In this document: piece after piece, positions 15,291 to 30,200 of the stretch
How the letters are laid out: each line of letters opens with the position of its first letter
Numbering within the stretch: position 1 is the stretch's first letter
NCBI GenBank assembly: GCA_043801965.1
Contig: JAZDLN010000024.1
Coordinates: 6,670-70,669 of the forward strand
DNA: 64,000 nucleotides
Reading direction: 5' to 3'
Source: Candidatus Falkowbacteria bacterium
Lineage (GTDB): Bacteria; Patescibacteriota; Patescibacteriia; Patescibacteriales; UBA12075
Translations under genes and position numbers: made by a program
Notes under the pieces: generated by a model
Database searches by the model: none
Seen by the model: the letters and a program-made list of their open reading frames with translations, nothing else
Told to the model about the DNA's origin: nothing

Positions 15291-18200
15291 TCAATTCCAA
15301 TCATCCTCATCGATCCATACAGTAAAAGTGTTTTCTCCGAAATAGTTGGCCGGCACGGCCAAGAACGGGATGCCGATGCCCCAATAAACGTCATCGGCGG
15401 AACCGGCGGTGCTCGTGGCCCGGGGGGCGAATAACTCTATGGGTTTCGGGTTAGCGACGGTATCCAGGGTGTTTGTTTCAAAAACGTAATTGAAATTTAT
15501 ATTATTGAATTTTATCTGGGTAACAGAGATATCGTATCCGGCCGGCGGACTCGAGAACATGGTCGTGCCGTAAACCTCGACGTCGATCGGCGAATTGCCG
15601 GCGTTCTCCACGGTGGTAGTGGAATTATTCATGCCGGTATTCTGTCCGGCCGCCCAGGTGCCGAAATCGATCGTGTCCTCCACGATATTCAAAGCCAGAT
15701 TAGTGCCTAGTTCCACTCCGCCGGATGTAGAGGCGGCTAAATTAACGCCGTCATTAAGTAGTATATAAGAGATCCAGTTATAGTCCTTCCAGGGATTAGA
15801 CTCGTAAACATCATCGGTGGGGACAGCGAAATATTTGAACGCGGCCGTACAGGTGGTAGAAGCCCGGGTAAGATCGGTCGGATCGCAGGCGATCGTACAG
15901 GTAGTGGTCGCGCCGGTATTGTAGGGAATCTGATAGCAATTACTGGGGTCGTCATCGCAGGTATTTTCCTCTTCGGACATATAGATCGTTCCGATCACGC
16001 TATCCAGGTCGGTACAGCCGTTCAAGTCCTGGATACTCCCGCCGATGGTCGATACGATCGTATCGGCGTCATCTTTTAAATTAAGCCCAATATCGTCACC
16101 ATCGTTTAAGAAGAAACTGCCGATCGTCGGCGCGGCGTTATTAACCGTATAAGTGTTCGTATGGGAATTGGCGGCGGCGGCGAGACCGTGGCTGTCGTAA
16201 ACGAAAGCGTAATAACCCCAATTCCCCGCCGGAGCCGGCGTAGTTGTGGCAAAAGAGCAGGAGGCGTTCGGCGAAGTAGAAGCCGCCTCCGAGCAATAAG
16301 TGCCGTCCGTACAGCCGGAGAAAGAAGCGCTATTGCTCGTGCAGACATAAAGACTTAAGGTATCGGCCCCGCCTGATACGTCGGTATCGGTGGCGTAAGC
16401 CGTCACCGTAAAGGTTCCGCCCGGATTCTTAAAATTATCGGTCGTCGTGGCGGCAGTAAAAACCGGCGGATGGTTGATCGTAAAAGGCGAACCGCTGGCC
16501 GTGGCGCCCCCCTGGGACATAACCGAGCACTTGGCCAGGCCGAAACCGGGAACTTTATCGCAGGCGTAAGCGAACCAATTATTATCTTCTACGCTTGTGA
16601 GGGTTGTAGTGGAACAACTCGCGCCCGCCCCGCTCGCGGCCGCGCCGGAAATGCACCATTGCCCGCCGGGACAGGTCGGCGCTCCGTCAAGTCCGGCGCT
16701 CGCTGCCGCGGTCTGGCAGACCGCCAGATAATAATTATTGCCGTCGGCATCGGTCGCGGTGGCGGTAAAATTAACCGGATCGCCGTAAACGGTCGGAGCG
16801 GTGGAAGCGGAACCATTGTCCGATGGACCTAAGGTAAAGACCGGCGCGTTATTCGTATTACCGGACAGAGTCACGATCGGATAAATATCGTAAGCGTCAA
16901 GCTCAGCCCCGCTATTAGTTACGCGGAAACAATAAGTACCGGCGTCAGACGCGTTATCGGTCACGGCTATCATATATTCGATCTCAGTATAGCGGTTTTC
17001 CGGCAGGCTGATAACGGCGGACGTATTGGACGAATCTTCAACCATTCGGCCATCCACGAAAGTATAGCCTTCGGGATTAGAGGTTGTCGCGGTCGTATTA
17101 TCATCGTCGTCAAAATAAGAGCTCGTAGCCATTTCGAAATCCTCGCCGCCGGCTGTAATCGGTACCGCGGCCCAATACGAGGGAGGCGTAGCGCAGCCGT
17201 CGGTAGAAGAAGCGTACTCTAAACGATATGCGTAATTAGCCGCGCCGCCGCCGATATTAACTACTGCGAGCCTCAAACGGGTAGTACTGCCTTTCCCGAT
17301 CTGCGGACCCAGTGTAGCACTGCCCGTGTCTTCGGCTTCAAGCCATGTAGCGGTGGTTTCAGTACCATCGTCTTTGCGCCAGCGATAATGGATCTGTTCC
17401 GTATTGGGTATGGGCGGAGCGAAATTAGCGCTATAGTGATCGGTTCTTAAGGACTCGCTCCCCGAGGATTGATAAACGCGCCAATATATCCAGTTGCCGG
17501 CGGCGTAATAATCGGATAAAGAGGAATTGACCGTGCCCTCCAGGGTAAAATCGGTATTAGCGCCAGCACCCGTTTCGGTATCCACTGTTACCCAGGCATT
17601 TGTCGAACCGAAACGGAAAACCTGAAGCACCACATTACTCCCTGACGGCGCCACGGAGGACTGGCCGTTCCAGGTCGAAGAGGCCGCGTCCGTAGCGTTC
17701 GTATGCTTGGTCGCGAAAAGTATCACTGGATATTGGGCCGTGGACGTCGCCGAATCGCGATTCGCATCGTCCGTTAAAACGTCATCATAGCCTTCCGGAT
17801 CCAGGAAATAAGTGAGATTGGCAGTAGTTAAGGGCGGTGACGCGTAAAATCCTTTGGAATAACGCTTAGTTTCACTTCCGACCGTAGAAAAGACGGGATA
17901 ATTATCGTAACCGCTCAAAGTCGTACCGTCGGTATTATTATAAAGCCGCAGGCGGTAAGTCGTGCCGGTAGCGGCATGGCTCGTATCCACGACAAATACT
18001 AATTCGGTAAACTCAGCGACCCCCAGGGTATAAGCGGCGGTCAGGTTGGTGTTCTCGTGCCATTTGCCGATCTTAAAGGTTGGAATGTGGAAAGCGGCCT
18101 TACTTGATATAACATCGTCGTTATTGGCGCCGGACAGGCCGAAATTATGGCTAATGGCCGTGGCCGCGCCGACATCGATCCATGTGCCGGTGGCATGGGA

Positions 18201-21200
18201 GTAATCTTCAAACTGCAATTTATAAACACGGTTACCTGCGCTGTCGCCGCCGCTATTCTCTATCTGTAGGCGGACATTCAGGCGTTCGCCTAAATGAAGT
18301 CCGGATAAAGTCGTGGAGGCGGCCACTTCGGCAGTATTAGAATTGACGTTTGCGCCGTCGTCGTTTTCCAATAAAAACGAAGTCTGCACAATATTGGCGA
18401 CGGCATTAGTGGTCGTGGATACGATCGAACTGCTGGCTTTATTGCCGGCCCGGTCATAGGCCCAGATATTGAAATAATAGAGAGTACTGGAAGACAGTCC
18501 GGTCACGACCGTATTGGCCGTGCCATTATAATTCCGGAAATTAAGGTCAGTATCAATCCATTCGGTATGCGTTTCCGCGACCGGAGTGCTGGTCGCGTAA
18601 AATATCCGATAACGGCTGAAACTGACGAGCGGTTCATCCGTGGCCGCCCCAAAGGTCAAAGTCACGGAATAACTGGTCTTCGCGGTCGGATTTAAAGCTC
18701 CCGGCGCTGATGGCGCTTCGGTATCGACATAAAAATTCGGGATCGTGGCGTTATAGGCTTTCCAGGTCGAACATTCGTTCTCGTCGTCGCAGGCGATCAC
18801 CTGCCATTTATAGCCGGTCGTAGAGCTCGCGATTGAATTTATCGTGGCCGTGGCCGTATAGGGCGTATAGCTATAATCGCCCGCACCGCTGGTTCCTATG
18901 GTCCATATCTTGGAATTACAGTTATCCCAATTAACGGTTCCGGCGCAGGCGTTAAAAGTGGATTCGTCGGTGGAGGTCGTAAAAGTATCGTTTGTCGGTA
19001 TTAATTGGAGATACAGGGTAACGACTTCGCTCGTGTCGTAATCGGTCGCTCCGGCCGTAAATTTTATAGTTGAGCTCGCCGCCCAGGTCTGGTTAGCCAT
19101 TGGATAAGTGGAAGTCGCCTGATAAAGATTCGCCGGCTGGTTCGGTCCGGAATTATATTTGGCGTAAGCGTAAGACGCGCATTCGTCGTCGCGGTCGAAA
19201 ACGGCGGCCGCGGCCGAACGCGCGGACCAGGCCTGCGCGCCGGAATTATAAAAATGTTCGGTGCCGCTGTCCCAGAAGACTGTCGTATAATCGACATTGT
19301 CGTTCTGCGCGACGGCCAAAAATTCGTCTCCGTTCGGATCCTTATAGAAACGGAGTCTAACCCATTGGTCCAGGGTCGCGCCTTCAATAGACGAAGTGGC
19401 CGAAAGGACGTTCGTCGTCGCATTTATAACGCTATAATAAGGCCGGGCCGCGGCCGAAGCGGCCGCGCCGGCGACCACGCCCTTGCCGCTCTTATAAAAC
19501 TCGATTGCGAACGGCTTCTGCGCGTCGTTGGTTTCGCTATAAAGACTGCCCGCGGAAATATTATCGCCGTTCGTGCTCGCGGTCCAGGCGATCGTCGGAG
19601 TACTGGCGTTCACCTTATAAACATTCAGCTCGCCGCCGGTATCGCGGCCGGCAAAATAGGCGATACCGGTGGAACCGGGATTAACCGCGAATTCGCCGTG
19701 CACGAAATCGTTCCCCCAGTCCGCGGGCGAAGTTGCCGGACTGGGCTCCGCCGTCAGATAATTTATGGAAGAATCGTTGCAGGTAAAATACTTGGCGTAG
19801 GCATAATTATTGGTAACGCTGTTCGAATAATAGATCGCGCCGCGGGTATTGCTCGACGGATCAAAATAAGCTTGCCCGACGTAATTATCCGTATCCGTCT
19901 CGTCGGACGCGTTCTCGGTCCAGGCGGTCCAGGCGCCGGCGCTATTATCATAAGCGGCGCCGCCGTAATAATACATACTGCCGACATCAGCGTCATCGTC
20001 AAAGGTTATTAGAAGATAATTGTCGGTATCCGGCCGGCGGATAAGCTCGCAGCCGTTCATAACACCCATCTTGCCGGACCCGGTCGTGCCCGGAATAATC
20101 CCTTCGTCGGTCCAGCCGTCAGCGGGGTTCCAGGAAAAAGCGAGCGCGCCGGTAGTTGAAGTGCTTCTGACCGCAAAAAATTCCGATCCGGATAAAGAGC
20201 CGAGACAACCGTTTATGAGCTGATTATTCGTGCCGTCCGTCTGGACCGCGCCCAGGCGTTCCGCGTCCACGAAATTATCGGCCCCGAAGCGGTACACGGT
20301 TCCCCACCACTCCTGATTCGTCCCGTCCCAGGTCCGGAATAATATCCCGACCTTGCCGCCGTCGTCCGATCTTAAGGTTTTAATATGGCGGATATTGTCG
20401 CTCGCGCCGGTCAGGTTGCCGCTGGATTGCTCTATTCCCCAGCCGGTCCCGGTCCAGACCTGGTAATAGATCGCCCGGTCGTTTTTCGTATAAAAAATCG
20501 CACCAGGAGTGGAGAGCGACTCCTCGGTCTCAACCATAGTGACAGTCGAGCTGGCCTTATGGCCCATAATATCGTAAGCCCAGATATTAAAATAATATGT
20601 CGTATTGGAATTAAGCCCGGAAACGGTCGTATCGGTCGTGCTGTTATAGTATTTATTATCAAGATCGGTGTCATTATGTTCGTCGTCTATTTCCATGACC
20701 GGCGAAGAAGTAGAGTAAAATATGCGGTATTCGGTAAAATTATCCTCGTCCGTGGCCGCGCCGAAATTCAGGGTCACGCTATTGGAATTTTTTGAAGCTT
20801 CTATTAGTTGACCAGGGGGCGAAGGATCGGTCGTATCGATCTTAAAATTCGGCGTCGTCGCGTTAAAAGGCGCCCAGGCGGTGCAGTCCGAGTCGTCGTC
20901 GCAGGCCATCACCTGCCACTTATAGCCGCTTGAATAATCCGGATTATCCGAAATAGTAACGACTAAAACGGATTCATGGAAAGACTGCACGGTTCCTTCG
21001 CTTCCGAAACTCAGGAAACTATCGACATCGTACTGGTTATTATAGGTTGTTTGAATAAAAGCCGAAGAACGGGCGACGCTGGAGAGGGTAAGCTCGTCAA
21101 TCGTGCCATTAAATATTTCCCCGATCCGAATCGGACTCGCATTGGTATTAATTGCCGTGGAATAATCAGCTGTGGCTGCGACTACGCCGTCGATATAGAG

Positions 21201-24200
21201 CTTTAATTCGGCCGTGCCGCCTGCCAAGCGGTCGTAAGAAAGAGTGACGTAATGCCAGCCGGAAGTGAGCGTCGCAGAAACGGCTTGGCTATTAATCTGG
21301 GCCGAAAGCTTTGAATCCGTATTATAATTTATCTGGAAAGCGTTACTACCCTTACCCGCGATCGTCACGGCTGGCGTAAATTCAATCACAACCCGGCCCG
21401 GATTGCCATTTGAACCGGCGCTTAAATAATCGCCGCCCAAGCCGCCTTGTCCGGCGGTACCGCTATAATCCTCGTCGTCGTTATTGCCGGCATTCCGGTT
21501 ACTTCCGGCCTCGGTGGAAGTCGCGCTCGCGGTCGAAGTCGCGAAAGACGAACCGCCTCCGCCGCCCGCGCCGGCGCTATAAGCTGCGCCTGATTCGCCG
21601 CCGCCACCGCCGCCGTAATAACCGGCGCCGCCGCCGCCCGCGCCGGCGTAACTATTAGTAACGCTGCCTAAACCGCCCGCGCCGCCGCCATTCGCACCGC
21701 CCGCGGCGCCGCCGCCGTCCGCGCCTTGGCCGCTAAGGCCATCAGCGCCCGCACCGCCAGTAAGGGAAGAACCGGCCGTACCGTTATTAGTGCCGGTACC
21801 GCCCGCGCCGCCGGCCGTTTGTGTACCGCCATCTCCGGCATCGGCGGAAGTGGAATCAGAACCGTCGAGTCCGCTTACGCCACCGCCCGGACCTCCGGGT
21901 GCGCCGGAAGTATATACCCTATTAGCGCCCGCGCCACCACCGCCACCGCCGGCGGCCACGACTAAAGGCATGGCGCCGCGGTTAACTCCGGAGCGGCCGC
22001 CGCCGCCGCCGCCGGAAGAAGCGTCCGCGATATAAGAGCCGCCCGTACCGCCGCCGCCGACCAGAATATCAAGGGTCTCTCCCGGAATCACGCTTAAAGT
22101 GGATAAAACGAAACCGCCGCCGGCGCCGGCGCCGCCCGTATTTCTTGTTTGAGTGCCGCCGCCATCGGCGCCGCCACCACCACCGCCACCGCCGCCCCAG
22201 CTTTTGACGGTAATAGAGGTAACGCCGGCCGGTACTGTAAAAGTGCCCGAACCGGCAGACGTATAAACCGAGGTGGATGCCGCCGGAGGATAAGTGATTT
22301 CCCCGTTCATCCAGAAGCTCATGGTCAGGGCGTCGGCCAAGTCCAGCGAATTATCGTCCGGGATGAACAAATAATCGTTAATCCCGTCAAAATCCTGACC
22401 GCGATAGATCAGGGCGGAAAGCTCATTATTGCCGTATTGATCGCCATCGTTGGCGTAAGAGCAGGAGTCCTTATGCGCGCCGATTGAAGTGCTTTCATCC
22501 ACGACGTTCTCGGGCAGATGCCAAACACCGCGGTAGGAAGAATCCCAAACGCCGGTCGTCGTGGCCGGATCGGCAGTGGATCCCGAATTGCCGTAATACA
22601 TATAGAGTTCCGTATCGGTCGTGGAAGAAATATTGGTTTTTATCCAGGCGACGAGCTCTCCCGTATTACTGTCGTAATTCTCCCGTTCGTAGGGAAGCGT
22701 GGTTGTGCCGCCGGAATCAGTAAAGATTATATCGTAACCGTCGGAACGCGCTTTAGCCGCAAGGTCGGAATCGACAGTCGCCGCCAGAACCGCGAAGCCG
22801 GACGCGTCCGCCACGACCTCCGAGGCGTTAATCGTGATCTTCTTGCGATAAAGCCAATTAGAGTCGTACCAATCGGCCGGCAGGACCGAAGTGGTCGTAG
22901 CCACGGCCCAGACCAGACTCTGGCAATTTAAATAATCCGTGCCGTAAGCGCAGGGGTTCGCGGGCGGGGTCAGGGCGGAGAGATAAGTGCCGGTCGCTGA
23001 AATTATCTGGTAATAAAAAGTGACAAGATCGGCCGCGTCCTGGTCGTGCGCGGACGCTTTTAGTTTCACGTTATTTTCGTCGATCCAGGAATTATTGGTT
23101 ATCGGCGTTACGCCATCGTCTAAGTATTGCCCGTCCGCGGAAATATTGGTCGGAGCGGCGTTCGTTTTGACCGTGACTTCGGTCACGGCTACGGCCTTAT
23201 TGCCGTAAGAATCGTAAGCCCAGATATTAAAGACGTAATCGGTGTTGGGATTAAGGCCGGAAATCGTGGTCGTAGCCGCCGTACCGTAATTCGCCCAATC
23301 AAGATTCGGATCATCGTCTTTGTCAAAAACCATATCAGACTCAGTCACGCCAGCCATCCCCTCTTTATAAAATATCTTATACTCGGTAAAATTAGTATCC
23401 GCGCTCGGATCCCCGAAGCGGAGATCAACGCTGTCGTAATGCTTGCTTTCCACCATAAGATCGCCGGGTGTATCCGGCACTTTATTATCGATATCGATCG
23501 CGACCGTATGGGTGGCGACCTGGTCATAGGTGCCGTCGTTAGTGACAAGTCCTAAGCAATAAGCGCCTTCAAATCCCGCAAGGTCGGTCATGGACAGCCA
23601 GTCAAAAAGCACGAAATTATCCGAAGCGCCGGAAGTTATTATCCAGCCGGTCGTAGTACCGATCTGGTACGGGTAATCGTTGTCAACATACGGATCGCCG
23701 TAAGTGGCGGTAATATTATCGTGATCGTCGTCGATTGTGGGGTCTAAGTAGCCGGACAGGAACTGGGCCGCGTTGCAGACCGCGGTCGCCTTATACATAA
23801 TCTTGGCCCGGACATGGTTATCGTTATCCGGATCGTCCACCTGGATCGTAATATCGACCGTGCCGGAACCGTCGGTCCGGGCGGTCGTGCCGCCGAAGGA
23901 AAAATAACCGGTCGGCGGGTTTGAAGACATAGAGGTCGAAGCGACCGTTTCCTGGGTGCAGGTGGCTTTGTTGCCGGCTAAGTCATAAGCCCAGATATTA
24001 AAAACGTAATCGGTACCGGCCGAGAGGTTTATAACCGTGGTCGTGCCGATATTATTATAATTTTTATATAAAAGGGTATTATTGTCGGTGTGCTGGCTGT
24101 CCGTTTCGGTGACTCCGGCGATCCCTTCCCGGTAATATATCCGGTAGCGGTAAAAATTGTCTTCGGTCGTCGAAGCGCCGAAAGTAAGGGCGATCATCGT

Positions 24201-27200
24201 CGGCGTGGACGAAGCGAAGGTGAGTTTGCCGGGCGGGCTTGGCGCCACCGTATCCACCTTGAAATTCGGTATGGTCAGATTGTATTTAGTCCAGACGGAT
24301 GAGCAGGCGCCGCCGTCGTCGCAGGCGAGCACCTGCCATTTATAGCCTTCCGCGGACTCCGGCAGACCCGCGATAGTAGCGGTCGCAGTAAAGGGGGTTG
24401 TGCGGTAATCGCCTAAACTTGAGGTCGCAGCCCAGATATGCGAAGGACAGGCGGACCAGGACGTACCGGGAAAGCACCAGCTTCCCGGCGAGGAAGTGGC
24501 GGTTGTAAAAGTCCCGGCGCTTGAAGAGGCGATCTCGAAATAAAGCGCGATCCGCTCGCTCATATTAACGTCAGTCGCGGCCGCCCGGACTTGGACAGTA
24601 TTTTCGTTTATCCAGGTATTATTGGAAATAGCGGTTGTGCCGTTACTCCGGTATTGCGCGAGCGTCGTCGGGGATACCGGCGCGGTATTGGAAGCGGCGG
24701 TCGTGAGTTTCGGGTAGCTGTCGGAGAGATAATCGTAAAAGACGGAGCCGTCGCTACCCACCATCCGGAAGCAATAATCCGCGGTCGAAGAAGCGGCGTT
24801 ATTATATATAACCCAGTCCCATTCGCCGTATTCGCCGACCGCAATCGCGTTCGGATTGCCCGCGGAATTATTGGCCTCTTCGTAAGTTCCGCCGATATCC
24901 GAAGAACTTAAAAGCACCGCGCTGATCGCCGTCCCGTCGATCGGGTTGGGATTATTGTATCCGCGCCAGGCGCCGCTCCCGGCGACGCTATCCGCGTCGA
25001 TCCAATCCGGTTCCGCGATCGCGGTACAATCGGAACCCTCTCCGTATTGCAGTTTGAATATCTTGTTTAAAGCCGCCAGATCCTCGGAAGTAATGCCGAT
25101 ATTCATCCGGATGCGCAAGATATCGCCTAAGTTAATATTACTGATCGCCGTTTTTTCAGCCGCCTTGGCCGCTCCGGGCGCCACCGCGTCCGCGTTTAAG
25201 TACCAGCGCCAGTCGCTTTGGGTAAGATTTGACGGCGGCGCGTCCCACTGGTAAGTGTAAAGCCAGCTGGCGTTCGTCTTGGCGCCGGCCGTCGCGTCGG
25301 AACCGTTGGTATTCGAGAAGCAGGCGGTATAAGCCGCGTCGTTCACGGCCGAAAGCGCCGATGTGATACTCCGGTAATACTCGGTAAAGCTGTTCACTGC
25401 ATCGTCGTGGTTATAAAAGGCGTTTGTGCAGACGGGGGTGCCGGTAGAAATATTGGCGTCCAAAGTGAACCAGGTAGAGGGCATCGTCGTGTCGCCTGCG
25501 GAAAAAGCGTAAGCGGCGAGCAAGGCCCCGGCGCGCACGGTTTTGGTACCCCGAAGCTCCGTAAAAACCGACGCGGAGGTGGAGGCTAAAACGGAACTCG
25601 TAGCCGGATTGACCGCGATCTGCCCGCCAAAAAGATTCAAGGAGCTTAAGTAACCGCTGTCCTCGCCGGTATAGGCGTAAGTGATCATAAGTTCAGCCGA
25701 GACCCCGCCCTGGTTAGCGCTTGAATTCGTCGTATAAAGCGTCACGGCTTTCGGGGTCGTAGCGTTCGCGGTTTCCAGTTCGCTGTAATCGGTATCCGGA
25801 ATGACGTGGATGATATTGAACGAGGGTTTTATCACCTGGTCGCCGGCGTTATAATTATAAACGGAATCCGTGGACTGGGAATTATCCCCGACTTCGGTCG
25901 CGATTGCAACCGTATTGGCGCCGCTTAAGTAATTATTGCTGACAATACGGAACCAGGCTTTTTTTACATCGACAATCCCTCCGCCGGTGCCGTTTTCCGG
26001 GAAATAGACCTCTGCCGTACCCGAGGCCTCGCCAGTACTCTGGCCGTTCGTCAAAACCCCTATCGGGAACGACACGGTCCTTATCTTCGTACCGGCCGAC
26101 TGCGCGGCCGTATAGGTTTCCGCGACCTCGCCGCCGATAAGCGAAGTCGTGGCCGCGCCCGGACTCGTCGAATAATATTCTAATATCTGCGCCGTATTCT
26201 CCGCGTATCCGAGAACGCCCGTAAACGATATTCTTCCTAAATTTCCCTGTTCCCCGCCTAAGGACGCTTCATGGATATAAGTGGCGCTGTCCACGTTCGT
26301 GCCCTCGATATTGACGCTGATACTTAAATCGTTCACGCCGTGCAGGTCGTTCATCCCGTACACCTGGAACCACTGCGATAATTTCGTGCCTAATTCGGGA
26401 ATGTCCATGTTGTAATCGAAAAGCGGACAATTGGATGATCCGGCCGGGCTCTTAACGCAATCGTCGCCCGTAAGCGCACGCAAAGTACCCCGGTCGCCGG
26501 AGGTTTTCGATTCTAAGGGGTAAATCACCGTATTGGTGAGATTCGTGGAGGCATCGCCGTCAAAACTATAGGTAACGATCAGGCGGGCGGAGGCTACGGA
26601 AATCGAGTTAGTCGCCGTATTGGTTTCGAGCCGATAGCCGACCTGCGCCTCTAAATCCGCGCCGTCGCCGGCATACGCGGCCAATTGCGCCTCGTCGGTT
26701 ACGTCCATTAAAAGCCTGATCCGATTACTGCTCCCCTCGTCATAAGAGAGAATTGTATTATCGTCGGCCAAGACGCGGCCGGTCCCGGAAAAAGCATCCG
26801 CCGTACAGGGCTCGTCGCAGACGTCAAAGGCCAAATTATAGCCAGTATAATTGCCGGAGTTCAAGTGGTAAGCCTCGTACTGGGCTTCAAATATAATATA
26901 AGCGTTTTTGATCTCGGCGCTCGTCTCGGCCAATTCAAAATTAAAAGCGGAAAAGGTCAGATCGGTATTGGTGAGGCCGCCGGAGAGTCCGTTGCTGCTC
27001 GAATAATTACCGGCCGCGAATTCGACGCTCCGGGCCCGGGCGTGCGGCGCCGGCGGGGTCCAGACCGCGATCTCCGTGGCCGCCGTCTTATTGCCGGCAA
27101 GGTCGTAAGCCCAGATATTGATAACGTACTGGGTTTCAGGTATTAAACCGGTAATAGTCGTGTTAGTAGTGGAATTATAATCGATAAAACCCAGATCCGT

Positions 27201-30200
27201 ATCCTCGTGCTCGGTATCATCCGTATCCACGCCGGAAATGCCGGCTTTATAGAATATCTTGTAATAACTGAAATTGATATCCGATGCCTGGTCGTGGAAC
27301 TCGACCGTGATCGAAGTCGTGGTCGTAGCGGACATAGTGAGGTTCCCGGGCGCGTCGGGTGCCGCCGTATCGACCTTAAAATTCGGCAAAGTCGAGTTAA
27401 ATTCATCCCAGAAAGAGCAGAGGCCGCTATCGTCGCAGGCGAGCGCCTGCCATTTGTACCCAAGAGAAGAATCGGTCGAGGAGCCGCGATCCGGGATAGC
27501 CGTAATGTTGGCTACGCCCTCATACTGGGGATCGATCATCGATTCTTCGCCGGCAAAACCTAAAAAGCCGGATACGTCCGACTGGTTATTATATTCGGTC
27601 TTGATCCAGCCGGCATCGCGATAAACATTCATTACGCGCAATTCATCCAAAATGCCGATAGCGCAATATTGATTATTGCCATAACCCATGATATTCAAGC
27701 TATTATTGTCATCAGCTCGAGCGGTTTGATTACTGGGGCCGACATTTAATGTGCCGTCAACATATAAAGATGCCTGAGCGCCGTTATAAACAAAAGTGAC
27801 ATAATGCCATTCGCCCGTCCCCGGATTAAAGGTGGAAGATATCTCCGGAGAGGCCACGCCGCCGCGATACTGATTGGGGCCGGTTTGAAGTTCGCTCCAA
27901 AGATGGTAGCCGTAAAAAGAAGGGGATTTGTCGGTTACAAGTTTATTCGCGCTGCCAACGCTTATATTTAACCAATAAGACCAGGTGCGAGGCTGACCTG
28001 GGCCAGTGGCGCTGTCTAAACTACTACCCGTACCGTCCGGTACGATAGCATAATCGCCGGTGCCGTCAAAATCCACGGCCCGGCCGATCTGGCCGGTAAC
28101 CAGCTGCGGATTGCCGTAATCGGTGGCGTTATTATTATTACTGGTCGAATCGTAAAGGATGCTGGTAGCCGGATTTTCGTTCATGTGCTGAATCATGACG
28201 TAATTAGAATCCCAGGTGCCGGTCCGGTTCTGCTGGTCCGCGACCAAAGTAGAATTGCCGTAATAAATATAAATGATCTTGTCGGTCGTGGAAGAAAGGG
28301 AAGTTTCGATCCAAAGCACAAGCTCGCCGGTCGTATTATCGTAATACTCCCGCTCGTAATCTAAGGGGGTAACGCCGTCCGTGTCAATGATCATGATATC
28401 GCCGCCTGTGGACGAAGCGACGTGCCCGCCATTGCCCGTATCGGCCAGATCCGCGTCGGTCGTAGTGGCAAGAACGACGAAAGCGGTTTCGGTCGTTTCG
28501 ACCTGGCTCGCGTTGATCGTGATCATCTTCCGATAGACCCAGTCCGTATTATACCAGGACGTGGTCGAAGCCGACGCGGTCCAGATTTTAGAACTACAGC
28601 CGCCATAAGCGTCGCCCGAGACGCAGGCGGTCCCCGGCTTAGCAGTACTCGTGGTATAAGTGCCGCTCTCGGTTAAAAGCTCGAAATAATAATCGTACTT
28701 GGTCGTAGTGGAGATACTGAGGGCCTCGGCCAAAGCCGACAGATTCACCTGGTTCTCATTCGTCCAGCCCTGATTACTGATCAACGTCGAGTTATCGCTC
28801 ATCCGCTGTTCGTCGGCGGTTACTATCGTATCCGGAACATAAATAGTCGTGGTATCGGGGAGCTCGATAGAAGTGGCTGGCTCAACCGTACCGGAACTTA
28901 ATACTACTTCAGTCGAAGGATCGCTGATCTCGATCTCGAGCGTTTCGTCCTTATTAGCATTAGAATTTACGTCCAGAACGGCGTAAACGCACATACTTGT
29001 GCTGGCACTTAAATTAACCGTGCCACTAAAATCCGCGGTACCGTTCGTATCGCTGAAATTAGTCGAGGTGGCGCCGAACTGCAATTCGTCGCCGTCATAA
29101 CTTTCGCTCCCGCAGTCGTAGGGGTCGCTCGAATCGATATCGTAATATAATCGGATATTTTCGAGGCTGGTATTAGCGTCCACAGTGCCATTTTCCGTGA
29201 TCGTGATGTCATTGACAGTCAGAGTACCGGTAGCCGTATTATTTAATACAAACGCGCCGCCGACGTAATTATCCTCGCTGTTTATATCAATAGTCGAAAC
29301 CTGCGTACCGGTGGCGCTTACGGTCATTTCGGTCGGGATAGTATAAATAATCACGACTCGGCCGGGATTACCGGCTACACCAGGATCATTATTGTTTGCT
29401 CCCCCCGTTCCACCTTGTCCGGCGTTGCCGGCATAATCCGGGTCAGTTGAAGAGCCGGTGGTCCGACCGCTGCCGGAATAGGTGCTGGTAGCCCAGGCGG
29501 TCGCTACGGCCCAACTCGAACCGCCGCCGCCGCCGCCGGCACCGTCAGTAGTTTGATCAGAACACCCACTGCCGCCGCCATAATAGCCGGCACCACCACC
29601 ACCACCACCACCAGAATCACTGCCAACACTCTGGTTATCGCCGCCCCGACCGCCGCCCGGAACACCGCCATTCGTACCGCCGCCGCCATCATCGTAACCA
29701 TTGCCACCAGTTAAAAACGAACCATTCTGACCAACATAATCACAGTTACCCCTAGCGCCGCCAGATGTCTGGGTGCCACCAGCTCCGCCTCTAGCATCAC
29801 CGGCGTTTCCACCAGTACCACCGATCACACCGCCACCAACACCGCCGTCGCCGCCGGGCATAGCCGTATTATCATCACCCCCACCACCGCCGGCGCCGGC
29901 ACCGGCTACGAATAAATAACTAACGCCGCGCCGCACAGCTGAATAACCGCCGCCGCCGCCGCCATCTCCGCCCTGATTTGATCCTCCGGTACCGCCACTA
30001 CCGCCTGTGCCAACATCAATATTCAAGGTTTCCCCCGGGGTAACCGTAATCGTGCCGGTAATGAATCCACCACCACCACCATTGCCGCCATCTGCCGGAT
30101 CATTATCGCATCCGCCGCCGCCGCCGCCGGCACCCCAAACTTTAGCCGTAATACTAGTTACCCCGGCCGGCACGTCAAAAGTATCGGAAGAGGTAAAAAT

